Positions 27,949 through 36,948 of a stretch of 64,000 nt of DNA are shown here, one piece after another. The stretch lies in the NCBI GenBank assembly GCA_050011355.1, contig JBEKJG010000004.1, positions 2,508 through 66,507 of the forward strand. The letters run 5' to 3'. Origin of the DNA: Thermoplasmata archaeon (lineage in GTDB: Archaea > Thermoplasmatota > Thermoplasmata > Lutacidiplasmatales > UBA184). Both the position numbers and the translations under genes were made by a program. Position 1 is the first letter of the stretch. Each line of letters begins with the position of its first letter. The notes under the pieces are model-generated. The model was not told where the DNA came from. It worked only from the letters and a program-made list of their open reading frames with translations, and did no database searches.

Positions 27949-29368
27949 CTTCGTTCCTCGTTCAGTAGATCCTCGACGAGCCCGACCGTCCGGTCGAGCG
28001 AGGACAGAGAATCCTGGCGCGAAGCCAGGGTGGACCGGGCGTCCGCGAGCTGCTGCCGGAGCGCCTGGGGCCCAGGACCACCCGGGGTCGACCGCCGAGC
28101 GAGCGCCGAGCGGGCATCCAGGGTGGCGGCGAGATTCGGTTCGACCCCCGGTATCTCCGCGACCCGGTTCGGGTCTAGGCGACCGCCGGTGGAAAGGAAG
28201 TGGGCCGAGACGGCCTCGTGGGCTTCCCGGAACGGAACGCCGCGGCCGACCAGGTGCTCCGCCACGTCGGTCGCGTACAGCTCGGGGTCGCCCGCCGCCT
28301 CGGCGAGCCGGGCGCGGTCGAACACCATCCCCTCGACGACCGATCGCAACGCCCCGAGGCCCGCCGTTACGGTTGTGACCGCGTCCCAGACGGGAGGCTT
28401 GTCCTCCTGCAGGTCCCGGTCGTAGGCGAGTGGCAGTCCCTTCAAGGTGACCAGAAGGGCGACCAAGTCCCCGACGACCCGACCGGTCTGGCCCCGTACC
28501 AGCTCCGCGGCGTCCGGGTTCCGCTTCTGCGGCATGAGGCTGGAGCCGGAACCGAGACTCGAGGATCGGTCGAGGTATCCGAACTCCTTGGTCGCGAACA
28601 GCACGACCTCCTCCGCGAGTCCGCTGGCGTGGACGGCAAGGAGCGAGAGGTCGAATAGCAGCTCGGCGAACGGGTCCCGATCGCTGACCGCGTCGAGCGA
28701 ATTGCGGAACGGGCCATCGAACCCGAGACGGGCGGCCACCTGGGCGGGGTCCGTGGGAAGAGTGGACCCGGCGAGCGCCCCCGCGCCCAGGGGCGAAAGG
28801 TTCGCCCGCCGTGCGGTGGCCAGGAGCCGGTCGATGTCGCGGTCGAACCTCCAGAAATGGGCGAGCAGGAGGTGGCCCACCGTGACCGGTTGGGCCCGCT
28901 GAAGATGGGTGTACCCCGGCATCGGGGTCTCGAGCTCGGACGAGGCACGTGCAAGGAGCGCTTCTTCCAGCTGAGCCAGCGACCGACCGAGCCCGTGGAC
29001 CGTGGCCCGCAGGTATAGGCGCTCGTCCAGGGCGACCTGGTCGTTGCGGCTCCGGGCGGTGTGGAGCTTGCCTCCTACCGGACCTACCAGTTCGGTGAGA
29101 CGGACCTCGACGTTCGTGTGGACGTCCTCGAGCTCGGGCCGCCACGGGAAGGAGCCTTCCCGGACCTCCCCCGCGATCTGGCGCAGACCCCAGACGAGGG
29201 TGGCCGACTCGGCGGGAGGCAGGATCCCGACCCGGCCCAGCATCTCCGCGTGCGCGATGCTGCCGGCGAGGTCGAACGGGGCGAGGGCGCGGTCGACCTC
29301 CAGGGAGCTCAGGAACCCGGCGAACGGAGTGCGAACGTAGGCGGGAACGGTAGGGCTCGGTGTCATCG
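27945..29368 (-). CDS. argH: argininosuccinate lyase
   Basis: Fumarate-lyase signature GSSLMPQKRNPD. Start re-set to the ATG MTPSPTVPAY…; the ORF-track upstream extension is low complexity. Confidence 0.9.
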
Positions 29369-29383
29369 TCGCGCTCCGAGGCG

Positions 29384-30619
29384 CTAGGCGCGGTACTTGG
29401 CGGCGCGCGGCGAGATCGGCTCGTTCTGGGCCCCGATGGCCGTCCAGGTTCGGGCGGGGAGTCCCCAGACGTAGATGAACCCCTCCGACATCTCCTGTCG
29501 GAAGCGGTCGCCCGTGGAGTAGGTGGCGAGGGCGTGTTGGTAGAGGGCGTGGGGAGAGCGCCGACCCGTGACGGTCGCGGACCCCTTGAACAGCTTGACG
29601 GCGACCTCGCCCGACACACGCTCCTGCGTCGAGCCCACGAATGCGTCCAGGGCCGAGCGAAGCGGCGCGAACCAGAGCCCGTCGTAGATCAGCTGGGCGT
29701 AGCGCTGCTCGACGGTCCGTTTGAAGTCGAGCACATCGCGGGGGAGGACGAGCGCCTCCAGTGCCTGGTGGGCGCGGATGAGCACGACCGCCGCGGGGCA
29801 TTCGTACACTTCCCGGGACTTGATTCCGACCACGCGGGACTCCAGGTGGTCGATCCGTCCGACTCCGTGGGCACCCGCCGTGCGGTTGAGTTTCAGGATG
29901 AGCTCGTGGAGGGGGAGCGGCTCCCCGTCCAGGGCGACCGGTAGCCCCTCGTGGAACGTCAGTCGGACGTAGACCGGTGTGTCGGGCGCCGCCTGGGGCG
30001 ATGTCGTCCAGCCGTAGGCCTCCTCGGGGGGTTCGACCGCCGGGTCCTCCAGGATCCCGCATTCGACCGAGCGGCCCCAGAGGTTCTCGTCGGTGCTGTA
30101 CGGAGAGGCCTTGGTCGCCTCGACCGGGATCCCGTGCTGCTGCGCGTAGACGATCTCCTCCTCCCGCGTCATCTTCCACTCGCGTGTGGGGGCGATCACC
30201 TCCAGCTCGGGGGCGAGGCTGGTCGTCGCGAGCTCGAAGCGGACCTGGTCGTTGCCCTTTCCCGTGCAGCCGTGGGCGACATGGGTCGCTCCCTCGCGGC
30301 GGGCGATGGTCACCAGGTGGCGACCGATGAGCGGACGGGCCAGGGCGGTGCTGAGCGGGTAAACGCCCTCGTAGAGTGCGTTCGCGCGCAGCGCGGGCGC
30401 GAGGAACTCCTCGGCGAACTCGCGCCGTGCATCCGCCACGTAGGCGGCCACAGCACCGGAGGCGGTGGCCTTCGCCCGGACCCGAGCGAGGTCGACCGGC
30501 TGGCCAACGTCGACCGTCACCGCGACGACGTCGAACCCCTTCTTCTCCTTCAGCCAGGGAATCGCGATGGAGGTATCGAGACCCCCCGAGTACGCCAGTA
30601 CAACCTTGGGGGGAACCAT
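29384..30619 (-). CDS. argG: argininosuccinate synthase
   Basis: PP-loop AYSGGLDTS; conserved segments throughout; ATG 30619. Confidence 0.9.
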   Translation of the reverse strand: MVPPKVVLAYSGGLDTSIAIPWLKEKKGFDVVAVTVDVGQPVDLARVRAKATASGAVAAYVADARREFAEEFLAPALRANALYEGVYPLSTALARPLIGRHLVTIARREGATHVAHGCTGKGNDQVRFELATTSLAPELEVIAPTREWKMTREEEIVYAQQHGIPVEATKASPYSTDENLWGRSVECGILEDPAVEPPEEAYGWTTSPQAAPDTPVYVRLTFHEGLPVALDGEPLPLHELILKLNRTAGAHGVGRIDHLESRVVGIKSREVYECPAAVVLIRAHQALEALVLPRDVLDFKRTVEQRYAQLIYDGLWFAPLRSALDAFVGSTQERVSGEVAVKLFKGSATVTGRRSPHALYQHALATYSTGDRFRQEMSEGFIYVWGLPARTWTAIGAQNEPISPRAAKYRA

Positions 30620-30719
30620 CACGCGTGCCTTTCTGGTCCCTCCAAGACGAACCTGATGATTTATACCATGTGACCGCGTAGCGACATCATCGGGCAGTAC
30701 TGTCCAGAATCGAACAACT

Positions 30720-31370
30720 ATGTCCGATGCTCCGGTTTCCGTCGCCCGTCGCGTGCGCGAGTACCTCGACGGCCAGCCGGTCCTCGCCGACGCCCTCCGC
30801 CGAGGCTACGCGAACTACTCGGCCGTCGCTCGCCGCATCTCGGACGAGCTGGGGCTCCGCCAGACCGAGGCGGTCGTCGCCGCATGCCGACGCTATCCCC
30901 GGGGCCGAGGCGAGGCCGCCCGGGCCGCCGGGATCCAGCGCGTCCTCCGGAAGAGCCGCATCGAGACCCGGACGAAGGTCGCGACGATCACCGTGAGCCA
31001 GGGCGCCGACATCCTCCAGCGCCTCGGGGACGTCGTGGAGGAGCTCCTGGACGAGAACTCGCTCTGTCGGCTGATCCAGGTCTCCCGGGGTACCGTCATC
31101 ATCGTCGACGAGGATTCCGTCCCGCGCGTCACCCGGACCCTCCGCGACAGTCAGGTCATCCGGGTCCGCAAGAACCTGGTCGAGGTGGCGGTCGCGAGCC
31201 CGGAGAGCATCGAGGAGACCCCCGGGTTGCTGACGCTCCTCACCGGCGTACTGGCCGCGCAGGAGATCAACATCATCGAGGCGCTGAGCTGCTACACGGA
31301 CACGATCTTCCTCCTCGAGCTGGACGACCTGAACGCCGCGATCTCGGTGCTCACCAAGACCCTCGAGTGA
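30720..31370 (+). CDS. predicted amino-acid-metabolism regulator: N-terminal HTH + two ACT-like domains (COG2150-like)
   Basis: HTH-like LADALRRGYANYSAVARRISDELGL, followed by two beta-alpha-beta-beta-alpha-beta ACT-like halves (…LLTLLTGVLAAQEINIIEALS…). Confidence 0.55.
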   Translation: MSDAPVSVARRVREYLDGQPVLADALRRGYANYSAVARRISDELGLRQTEAVVAACRRYPRGRGEAARAAGIQRVLRKSRIETRTKVATITVSQGADILQRLGDVVEELLDENSLCRLIQVSRGTVIIVDEDSVPRVTRTLRDSQVIRVRKNLVEVAVASPESIEETPGLLTLLTGVLAAQEINIIEALSCYTDTIFLLELDDLNAAISVLTKTLE

Positions 31371-31388
31371 CCGGGTCGGGACCCCGGT

Positions 31389-32555
31389 ATGACGAATCAA
31401 AAAAGCGACATAACGGTTAAATTCCGGGGCCGCTCAGCCGGGTTGATGACCTCCCCCGGCCCCCAAACTAATCCGGCCGGGGACCTGCGGCTGCGTCCCG
31501 CCGAAATGCTCCAGATGGGCCTCCTCTACGGCGGTCTCCTCATCGTCACGGTCCTCGCGTTCCTCGCCGCGTTCGCCTACCTTCCGCACCACTTCTCGGG
31601 GGAGGTCGCCTCCGGCGGTCTCCTCTTCACGGGCCTCGCCATCACGGCCTACATCCTCGGACTCCGCCACGGCTTCGACGCCGACCATATCGCGGCGATC
31701 GACAACACGACCCGGAAGCTGCTCAACGACGGAAAGCGCCCCCTCACCGTCGGGACGTGGTTCTCCCTCGGCCACTCGACCATCGTCTGCGGGATGATCG
31801 TCGCCCTCGTCCTCGTCACCGAGTTCGTCCAGCGCCAGTACAACACCTTCGCCGCGGTCGGGGCAGTCCTCGGGACGCTGATCTCGGGCGCCTTCCTGTT
31901 CGTCATCGGCATCGTCAACGTGATCATCGTCCTCGAGGTCTACCGGATGTTCCGCGGGGTGCGGGACGGGGAGCTCGACCAGAAGGCGCTGGACGAGCAG
32001 ATGAACAAGCGAGGATTCCTCAACCGGATCTTCGGTCGGTTCTTCCGGGTCGTCACCGAACCGTGGCAGATCTACCCGATCGGGGTGCTGTTCGGCCTCG
32101 GGTTCGACACCGCGACCGAGGTCCTCATCATCGGCCTCGCGGTCGTCGTGGCCACCTCCGGCGCGATCCCCCTCTGGGCCGTCCTGATCCTCCCGCTCCT
32201 GTTCACCTGCGGGATGGTGCTCTCGGACACGACCGACGGGTTCGCGATGCGCTACGCCTACGGCTGGGCGTTCAACCACCCGATCCGGAAGATCTTCTAC
32301 AACCTGACCCTCACCATCATCTCGGTGATGGTCGCCTTCGTCATCGGGGCTGTGGAGCTCCTCCAGGTCCTGTCCAGCCAGTTCGGCTGGAGCGGGCCGT
32401 TCTGGGGGTTCCTCGACAATCTCGATTTCGAGTTCCTCGGGATCGTGATCGTCGTCCTCTTCCTGGCGAGCTGGGCGGTGGCGATGGTCGTCTACTACCT
32501 CAAGGGGTACGAGAAGGTCGGATTCGGTGCTTCCCAGCCGCCGGCGCGGGCCTGA
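31389..32555 (+). CDS. nickel/cobalt transporter NiCoT (HoxN/NixA family)
   Basis: NiCoT signatures HGFDADHIAAIDN, GHSTIV, GLGFDTATEV. Alternative start ATG 31497 is possible (see findings). Confidence 0.8.
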   Translation: MTNQKSDITVKFRGRSAGLMTSPGPQTNPAGDLRLRPAEMLQMGLLYGGLLIVTVLAFLAAFAYLPHHFSGEVASGGLLFTGLAITAYILGLRHGFDADHIAAIDNTTRKLLNDGKRPLTVGTWFSLGHSTIVCGMIVALVLVTEFVQRQYNTFAAVGAVLGTLISGAFLFVIGIVNVIIVLEVYRMFRGVRDGELDQKALDEQMNKRGFLNRIFGRFFRVVTEPWQIYPIGVLFGLGFDTATEVLIIGLAVVVATSGAIPLWAVLILPLLFTCGMVLSDTTDGFAMRYAYGWAFNHPIRKIFYNLTLTIISVMVAFVIGAVELLQVLSSQFGWSGPFWGFLDNLDFEFLGIVIVVLFLASWAVAMVVYYLKGYEKVGFGASQPPARA

Positions 32556-32571
32556 GCGGAAGGGGACGTCC

Positions 32572-33039
32572 GTGGCGCGCAAGGTCGTTCGGACCGCCGT
32601 CTCGCTCGAACCGGAGCTCCTCGACCTGCTCGACCGCTGGGTGAAGGAGCGGAACAGTCCGAGCCGATCGGATGCGATCCGCGCCCTGATCCGCAAGGAG
32701 CTGGCCGACCGGACCCTCGCGGACCCAGACTCGGACGCCCTGGGCGTCGTCACCCTCCTGTACCGGCACGACGCGCCCAACGTCATGCGACGGCTGACCT
32801 CCGCCGAGCACCGGTGGGGCGAGCACGTCCGCTCGACGAGCCACGTCCACCTTGAGGGCGACGCCTGCGCGGAGGTCATCGTCCTCCTCGGCCGGCGCCG
32901 CGAGGTCGAGGCGGCGGCCCAGGACCTCGGCGGGGTGCGCGGCGTCCTGGACGGCGAATCGGTAGTCCTGACCCCCAGCATCGCCGGCGGCCGCACGGGA
33001 CACCACCACCCCCACCGGTCCACCGACGCCCCCCACTGA
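32572..33039 (+). CDS. nikR: nickel-responsive regulator NikR
   Basis: Ribbon-helix-helix N-terminus RTAVSLEPELLDLLD…RSDAIRALIR, a C-terminal metal-binding ACT-like domain, and a His-rich tail. GTG 32572 chosen over the ORF-track ATG 32527, which overlaps NiCoT by 29 nt. Confidence 0.8.
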   Translation: MARKVVRTAVSLEPELLDLLDRWVKERNSPSRSDAIRALIRKELADRTLADPDSDALGVVTLLYRHDAPNVMRRLTSAEHRWGEHVRSTSHVHLEGDACAEVIVLLGRRREVEAAAQDLGGVRGVLDGESVVLTPSIAGGRTGHHHPHRSTDAPH

Positions 33040-33086
33040 GTCCACCTCCCGCGAAGTTCATCCGAGGGGCACGCATCGGGCCCGCC

Positions 33087-33911
33087 GTGCCGAAACCTCG
33101 GGGCCGCGCCGGGCCGGCCTCTGCGGTCGGCGCCCCCCACGGGCGGATCCACATCGCCGCGGTGGGGTTCGAGGTCGAGCGGGTGACCCAGCCGCTGGAG
33201 GAGGACCGCGCCGACCGGGTCTACCTGCTGACGCGGGCCGAGCACGACGCCGCCGCCCCGTTCGTGGAGGAGATCACTCGCCGGCTGCGGCGCGCGGCCT
33301 GGCCGGTCGAGGTGCGGGTCGTCCGCACCGACCTGTGGGACGTCTTCCACGCCCTCGCCTCGCTCCGGGCCATATTCGAGGCCGAGGGACGGACGGACCG
33401 GACGGCGCGGGACGTCGTTCCCCTCCGGGTCAACGTCTCCAGCGGGACGAAGATCACCGCGATCGCCGGAACCCTCGCCTGCATGCTCTGGAACGGGACG
33501 CCGTACTACGCCCAGGTCTCCCATGCGTGGTACTCCGACCGGACCCCGCGCGTGGGAGAGGTCCACGACGTGGTCACCCGGGTGGAGCCCGTGGGGGTCT
33601 ACGAGCTCCGGGCCCCGGCGCGGGAGCTCATCGAGGTGCTCGAGGCCCTCGAGCGTCGGGGCGGGGCCTTGAGGAAGCGGGACCTGATCCGAGAACTCGG
33701 ACTCGACCGGCCCGGTCCCGAGGGAGGAAAGAGCCCCTCCCCGCAATCCCAGCACGGTCGGCTGCGCCGGCGACTCGACCCGCTCGAGCGCCGCTGGGGG
33801 TTCGTGCGGACGGAGTCGGCCGGACCGCGGGCGCGGGTCCAGCTCACCGACCAGGGACGGCTCGCGCTCGCGCTGTTCGCGAGAATGGTCGCCGGGGCCG
33901 AGAGGACTTAA
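33087..33911 (+). CDS. Csa3-like regulator: N-terminal Rossmann-like CARF domain + C-terminal winged HTH
   Basis: HIAAVGFEVERV (compare the Csa3 TMGFNE motif), …VNVSSGTKITAIAG…, then wHTH LIEVLEALERRGGALRKRDLIRELGL. Assignment from memory. Confidence 0.45.
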   Translation: MPKPRGRAGPASAVGAPHGRIHIAAVGFEVERVTQPLEEDRADRVYLLTRAEHDAAAPFVEEITRRLRRAAWPVEVRVVRTDLWDVFHALASLRAIFEAEGRTDRTARDVVPLRVNVSSGTKITAIAGTLACMLWNGTPYYAQVSHAWYSDRTPRVGEVHDVVTRVEPVGVYELRAPARELIEVLEALERRGGALRKRDLIRELGLDRPGPEGGKSPSPQSQHGRLRRRLDPLERRWGFVRTESAGPRARVQLTDQGRLALALFARMVAGAERT

Positions 33912-34230
33912 CTGATTTAACGGATTTATCGTTACTATGGCTAAGTAGGACCCTGCCCCTCCCCTTACCGTGGACGACAGGGACGGACGGGACGGGACCG
34001 GTGGTTGGATCGGGTCCTGCCCGAAGTCGGGATACGGGGTGCCGAAGACGGCCGAAAGGCCGTGGCCGAACGGACCGACGCGTCGCCACGGACCCCCCCG
34101 GGCGGGGGCCAGAGCGGGTCCGTCCCGTCCCCCTCGGGGCCCTCGGGAGCCGCTCCCCACGCCGGGGCGGCCCCCGACGGGCCGCGAATCTTTTGCCGCT
34201 TCTTCCTCGCTCCGAACCCGATAAGCGGGT

Positions 34231-34731
34231 GTGCTCGCTGGGCCGGTGGTGAGCAACCACCGGTTCGCGTCCCTCCTTCGGCTCGCCGGTGAGGCGATCC
34301 GGGTCGAGGCGCAGTTCGGCACCCAGTCGCTCGAGGCGCTCGCGTGGGTGGCGTCGACTGTGGGGGCTTCCGTCTACGTCCCGGAGTCGCTCGTCCGCAC
34401 GCCCACCGGTCTTCGGTTCGCCCTCGCCAACCCTCCGCTCCGCGTCGGGGCATTCTCGAGTCTCAGCCTCCGGGTCGACGGGGTGGTCGTACCCTCCGAT
34501 CGCGTCCGGGTGCGGCTCGGCCCGGCCTGCCCCTGGAGGGAAACCGCCCTCCTGACGCCATCCGAGCCCCTGGAGCTGGCGGCCGGCACGCCGATCGAGT
34601 TCGACGCGGACTGGCCGCTCCGGGAGGGCGGGGGCGAGATCACCCTTCGCCTGGAGTTCCACAACGTGGCCATCCCACCGCTCGTCTGGCTGGAGGTCCG
34701 AGGGACTCCACGGGAGATGGAGTTCCCGTGA
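34231..34731 (+). CDS. hypothetical protein, translationally coupled (GTGA) to the downstream glycosidase
   Basis: GTG-start ORF of 166 aa; its stop overlaps the GTG of the next gene. Confidence 0.4.
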   Translation: MLAGPVVSNHRFASLLRLAGEAIRVEAQFGTQSLEALAWVASTVGASVYVPESLVRTPTGLRFALANPPLRVGAFSSLSLRVDGVVVPSDRVRVRLGPACPWRETALLTPSEPLELAAGTPIEFDADWPLREGGGEITLRLEFHNVAIPPLVWLEVRGTPREMEFP

Positions 34732-36923
34732 GCGAACCTAGGGTCGCGGGAGCGGCCGGCCGGAGGGCCCCCGTCCTGCTGACCAGCTCCGCATCCGCGG
34801 TCCTGGCCGATGGGAGGGGTGACCTCTGCTACGCCCGCGAGAGTCGGGGCGCGATCACCGAATGGGGCGGCGTCTACGCCCAGCTCGTCCGACTGACCGG
34901 GCCCTGGACCCTCGAGCTCGCGGACGGCTCCACGACGACCGACCTCCCCTCCTGCCGTCTCGACGATGCACCGTTCCCGGGCGGGTGGAGGAGCCACCAC
35001 CGGTGGAACGGCCTCAGCATCGTCCAGGACGTCGTGGCGATCTCCCCGCCCGCGGGCGCCGTTCGCCGTCTCCAGATCCGCTCGACCTCGGAGCGTGCGG
35101 TCCCGATCACTCTCCGAAGCCGATTCTCTCCGTACCTGTTCCCGGTCCTTGTCGAGGGCATTCGCCCGCTCGAGTTCGAGGTCCGGACGGCGGCCGACGA
35201 CATCTCCGTGCGTCACCATGGGTTCGGGCTCCGGGTGGCCACAACGGTTCCACCTTCCCGGCTGACCCTGGACGGGAGACCGTGGATCGGAGGCCAATAT
35301 CGAGGGGCGCTCACGGAGTTAGCCTCCGAGCACGAAGTGACCGTGCCCGCGGCCGGATCGCTCGAGGTCCGCTGGCAGCTTGTCGGAGGTCTGGTCCGGG
35401 ACCTGGACGCGGCCGTGGCCGACGCGGGGGGACGGGTGGGTTCCCCCGACGAGTGGGCTGCCCGCCGGGCGGACGACCTTCGACGGTGGACCGAGGGAAC
35501 CCCCGAACTGGAGTTCCCGGACGCACCGGAGTTCGAACGGGCGTACCGTTCGGCACGGACCGCCCTTCGGCAGCTCTACACCGCCCCAGCCCCCGAGATG
35601 GTGGGCCTTGTGGCGGGCTACCCGTGGTACTCCGCGATCTGGTGCCGGGACCTGGCGGTCATGCTGCCGGCCCTGCTCTGGCTCGGCGATTTCGAGTGGG
35701 TGGCCCGCTCCCTCGACACCGTGTTCCGGTTCCAAAGCCACCAGAGCCTTCCGATGCTGGCGGGCGAGCCCGGGGAGCTCCCGATGCAGATCTCCCCGGG
35801 ACCGATCTTCCTCTACGGGACGTCGGACAGCACCCTACGGTTCCCCGCGGTCGTGGAGCAGATGCACCGCCACACGGGCGACCTCTCCTCCGTCACCGAG
35901 TGGGCGGACGCCCTGCACCGGATCGTGGAGTGGGGAATGGGACGGAGCGACCCGGCGACCGGGCTCCTTCGCCACGGCGGGGAGGCCGAGCAGATCTCCG
36001 AAACGACCGCCGCCCTGACGCACGTCCGCTACGGGATCGATTCGCCGGATACGACAATCTGGGACTCGGCCGACCGGCGGGACCACGCCCTGGACGTCGA
36101 GGTCCTGTGGTGGGAAACCCTCCGCTCCGCGGGCCAACTGCACGGCCATGCCGCCGACCGGGAGCGCCAGGCGACGTGCGAGGGGCTCGCGACGCGGCTC
36201 GCCGCCACGATGCGGGATCGGTACCTTTGGCCGGAAGAACGGTACCTCTTCGATTCGCTCCGCGGGTCGAAGCCGGTCGCCCGGGTCCGTCCCAACGCCC
36301 TGCGGGCGGTGAGCGCGGGGCTCCTCGATCCGTCGGCCGCCCGGGCCGCGGTCGACCGGGCGACGGAGGAGGACCTGACGACCCCCTGGGGGGTCCGCAG
36401 CCTGTCCTCGCGGGACCCGGGGTACGACCCCCGCGCCTACCACGACGGCCAGGTTTGGACGATCGCGACGAGCTGGGCGGCGGACGCGGCGTTCTCCGTG
36501 GGAGCACGCGCCCGCGGGATCGAGTACCTTCGGACGATCGCCTCCCGTTTCGAGGCCGAGGACGGGTTCGCCAACGAGTGCTACCGGGGAGACCGCGCCG
36601 AACCGTACAACTCGTGCTTCCTGCTCGGGTTCAGTGTCGCGCCGTTCCTCTCGCTCCTGTTCGAACGGTTGTGGGGGATCCGGGCGGGTGGCATGGACGA
36701 CACGGTGCGGGTCGTGCCGGCGTTCCCGGACGGATGGAAGAGCGCCCGGCTTCGGGGTCTCCGGCTCGCCCAGGGTACCCTCGACCTCGAATGGTCACCG
36801 GGAACCGTGACCGCACGATGGAACGGCCGTCGGACGCTCTCGATCGATACCGGGGGGTCCGTGCGCGAGGTCCTGCCGGGGACCACCGCCTCGCTCGACC
36901 TCCCGCCGTTCGCGGAACGCTGA
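34728..36923 (+). CDS. amylo-alpha-1,6-glucosidase / glycogen-debranching-enzyme C-terminal-like six-hairpin glycosidase
   Basis: GYPWYSAIWCRDLAV and HDGQVWTIATSW patterns of the GDE_C (Pfam glycogen-debranching-enzyme C-terminal) alpha/alpha-toroid family. Confidence 0.6.
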   Translation: MSEPRVAGAAGRRAPVLLTSSASAVLADGRGDLCYARESRGAITEWGGVYAQLVRLTGPWTLELADGSTTTDLPSCRLDDAPFPGGWRSHHRWNGLSIVQDVVAISPPAGAVRRLQIRSTSERAVPITLRSRFSPYLFPVLVEGIRPLEFEVRTAADDISVRHHGFGLRVATTVPPSRLTLDGRPWIGGQYRGALTELASEHEVTVPAAGSLEVRWQLVGGLVRDLDAAVADAGGRVGSPDEWAARRADDLRRWTEGTPELEFPDAPEFERAYRSARTALRQLYTAPAPEMVGLVAGYPWYSAIWCRDLAVMLPALLWLGDFEWVARSLDTVFRFQSHQSLPMLAGEPGELPMQISPGPIFLYGTSDSTLRFPAVVEQMHRHTGDLSSVTEWADALHRIVEWGMGRSDPATGLLRHGGEAEQISETTAALTHVRYGIDSPDTTIWDSADRRDHALDVEVLWWETLRSAGQLHGHAADRERQATCEGLATRLAATMRDRYLWPEERYLFDSLRGSKPVARVRPNALRAVSAGLLDPSAARAAVDRATEEDLTTPWGVRSLSSRDPGYDPRAYHDGQVWTIATSWAADAAFSVGARARGIEYLRTIASRFEAEDGFANECYRGDRAEPYNSCFLLGFSVAPFLSLLFERLWGIRAGGMDDTVRVVPAFPDGWKSARLRGLRLAQGTLDLEWSPGTVTARWNGRRTLSIDTGGSVREVLPGTTASLDLPPFAER

Positions 36924-36948
36924 TAAGGGAAGGGAGCACGCGGGACCG

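Noticed and set aside
31389-31430. Treating the AT-rich segment as a separate small ORF or terminator
   Set aside because: It is in frame with the NiCoT body and lies only 19 nt after the upstream stop. It is kept as the possible N-terminus with an alternative-start note.
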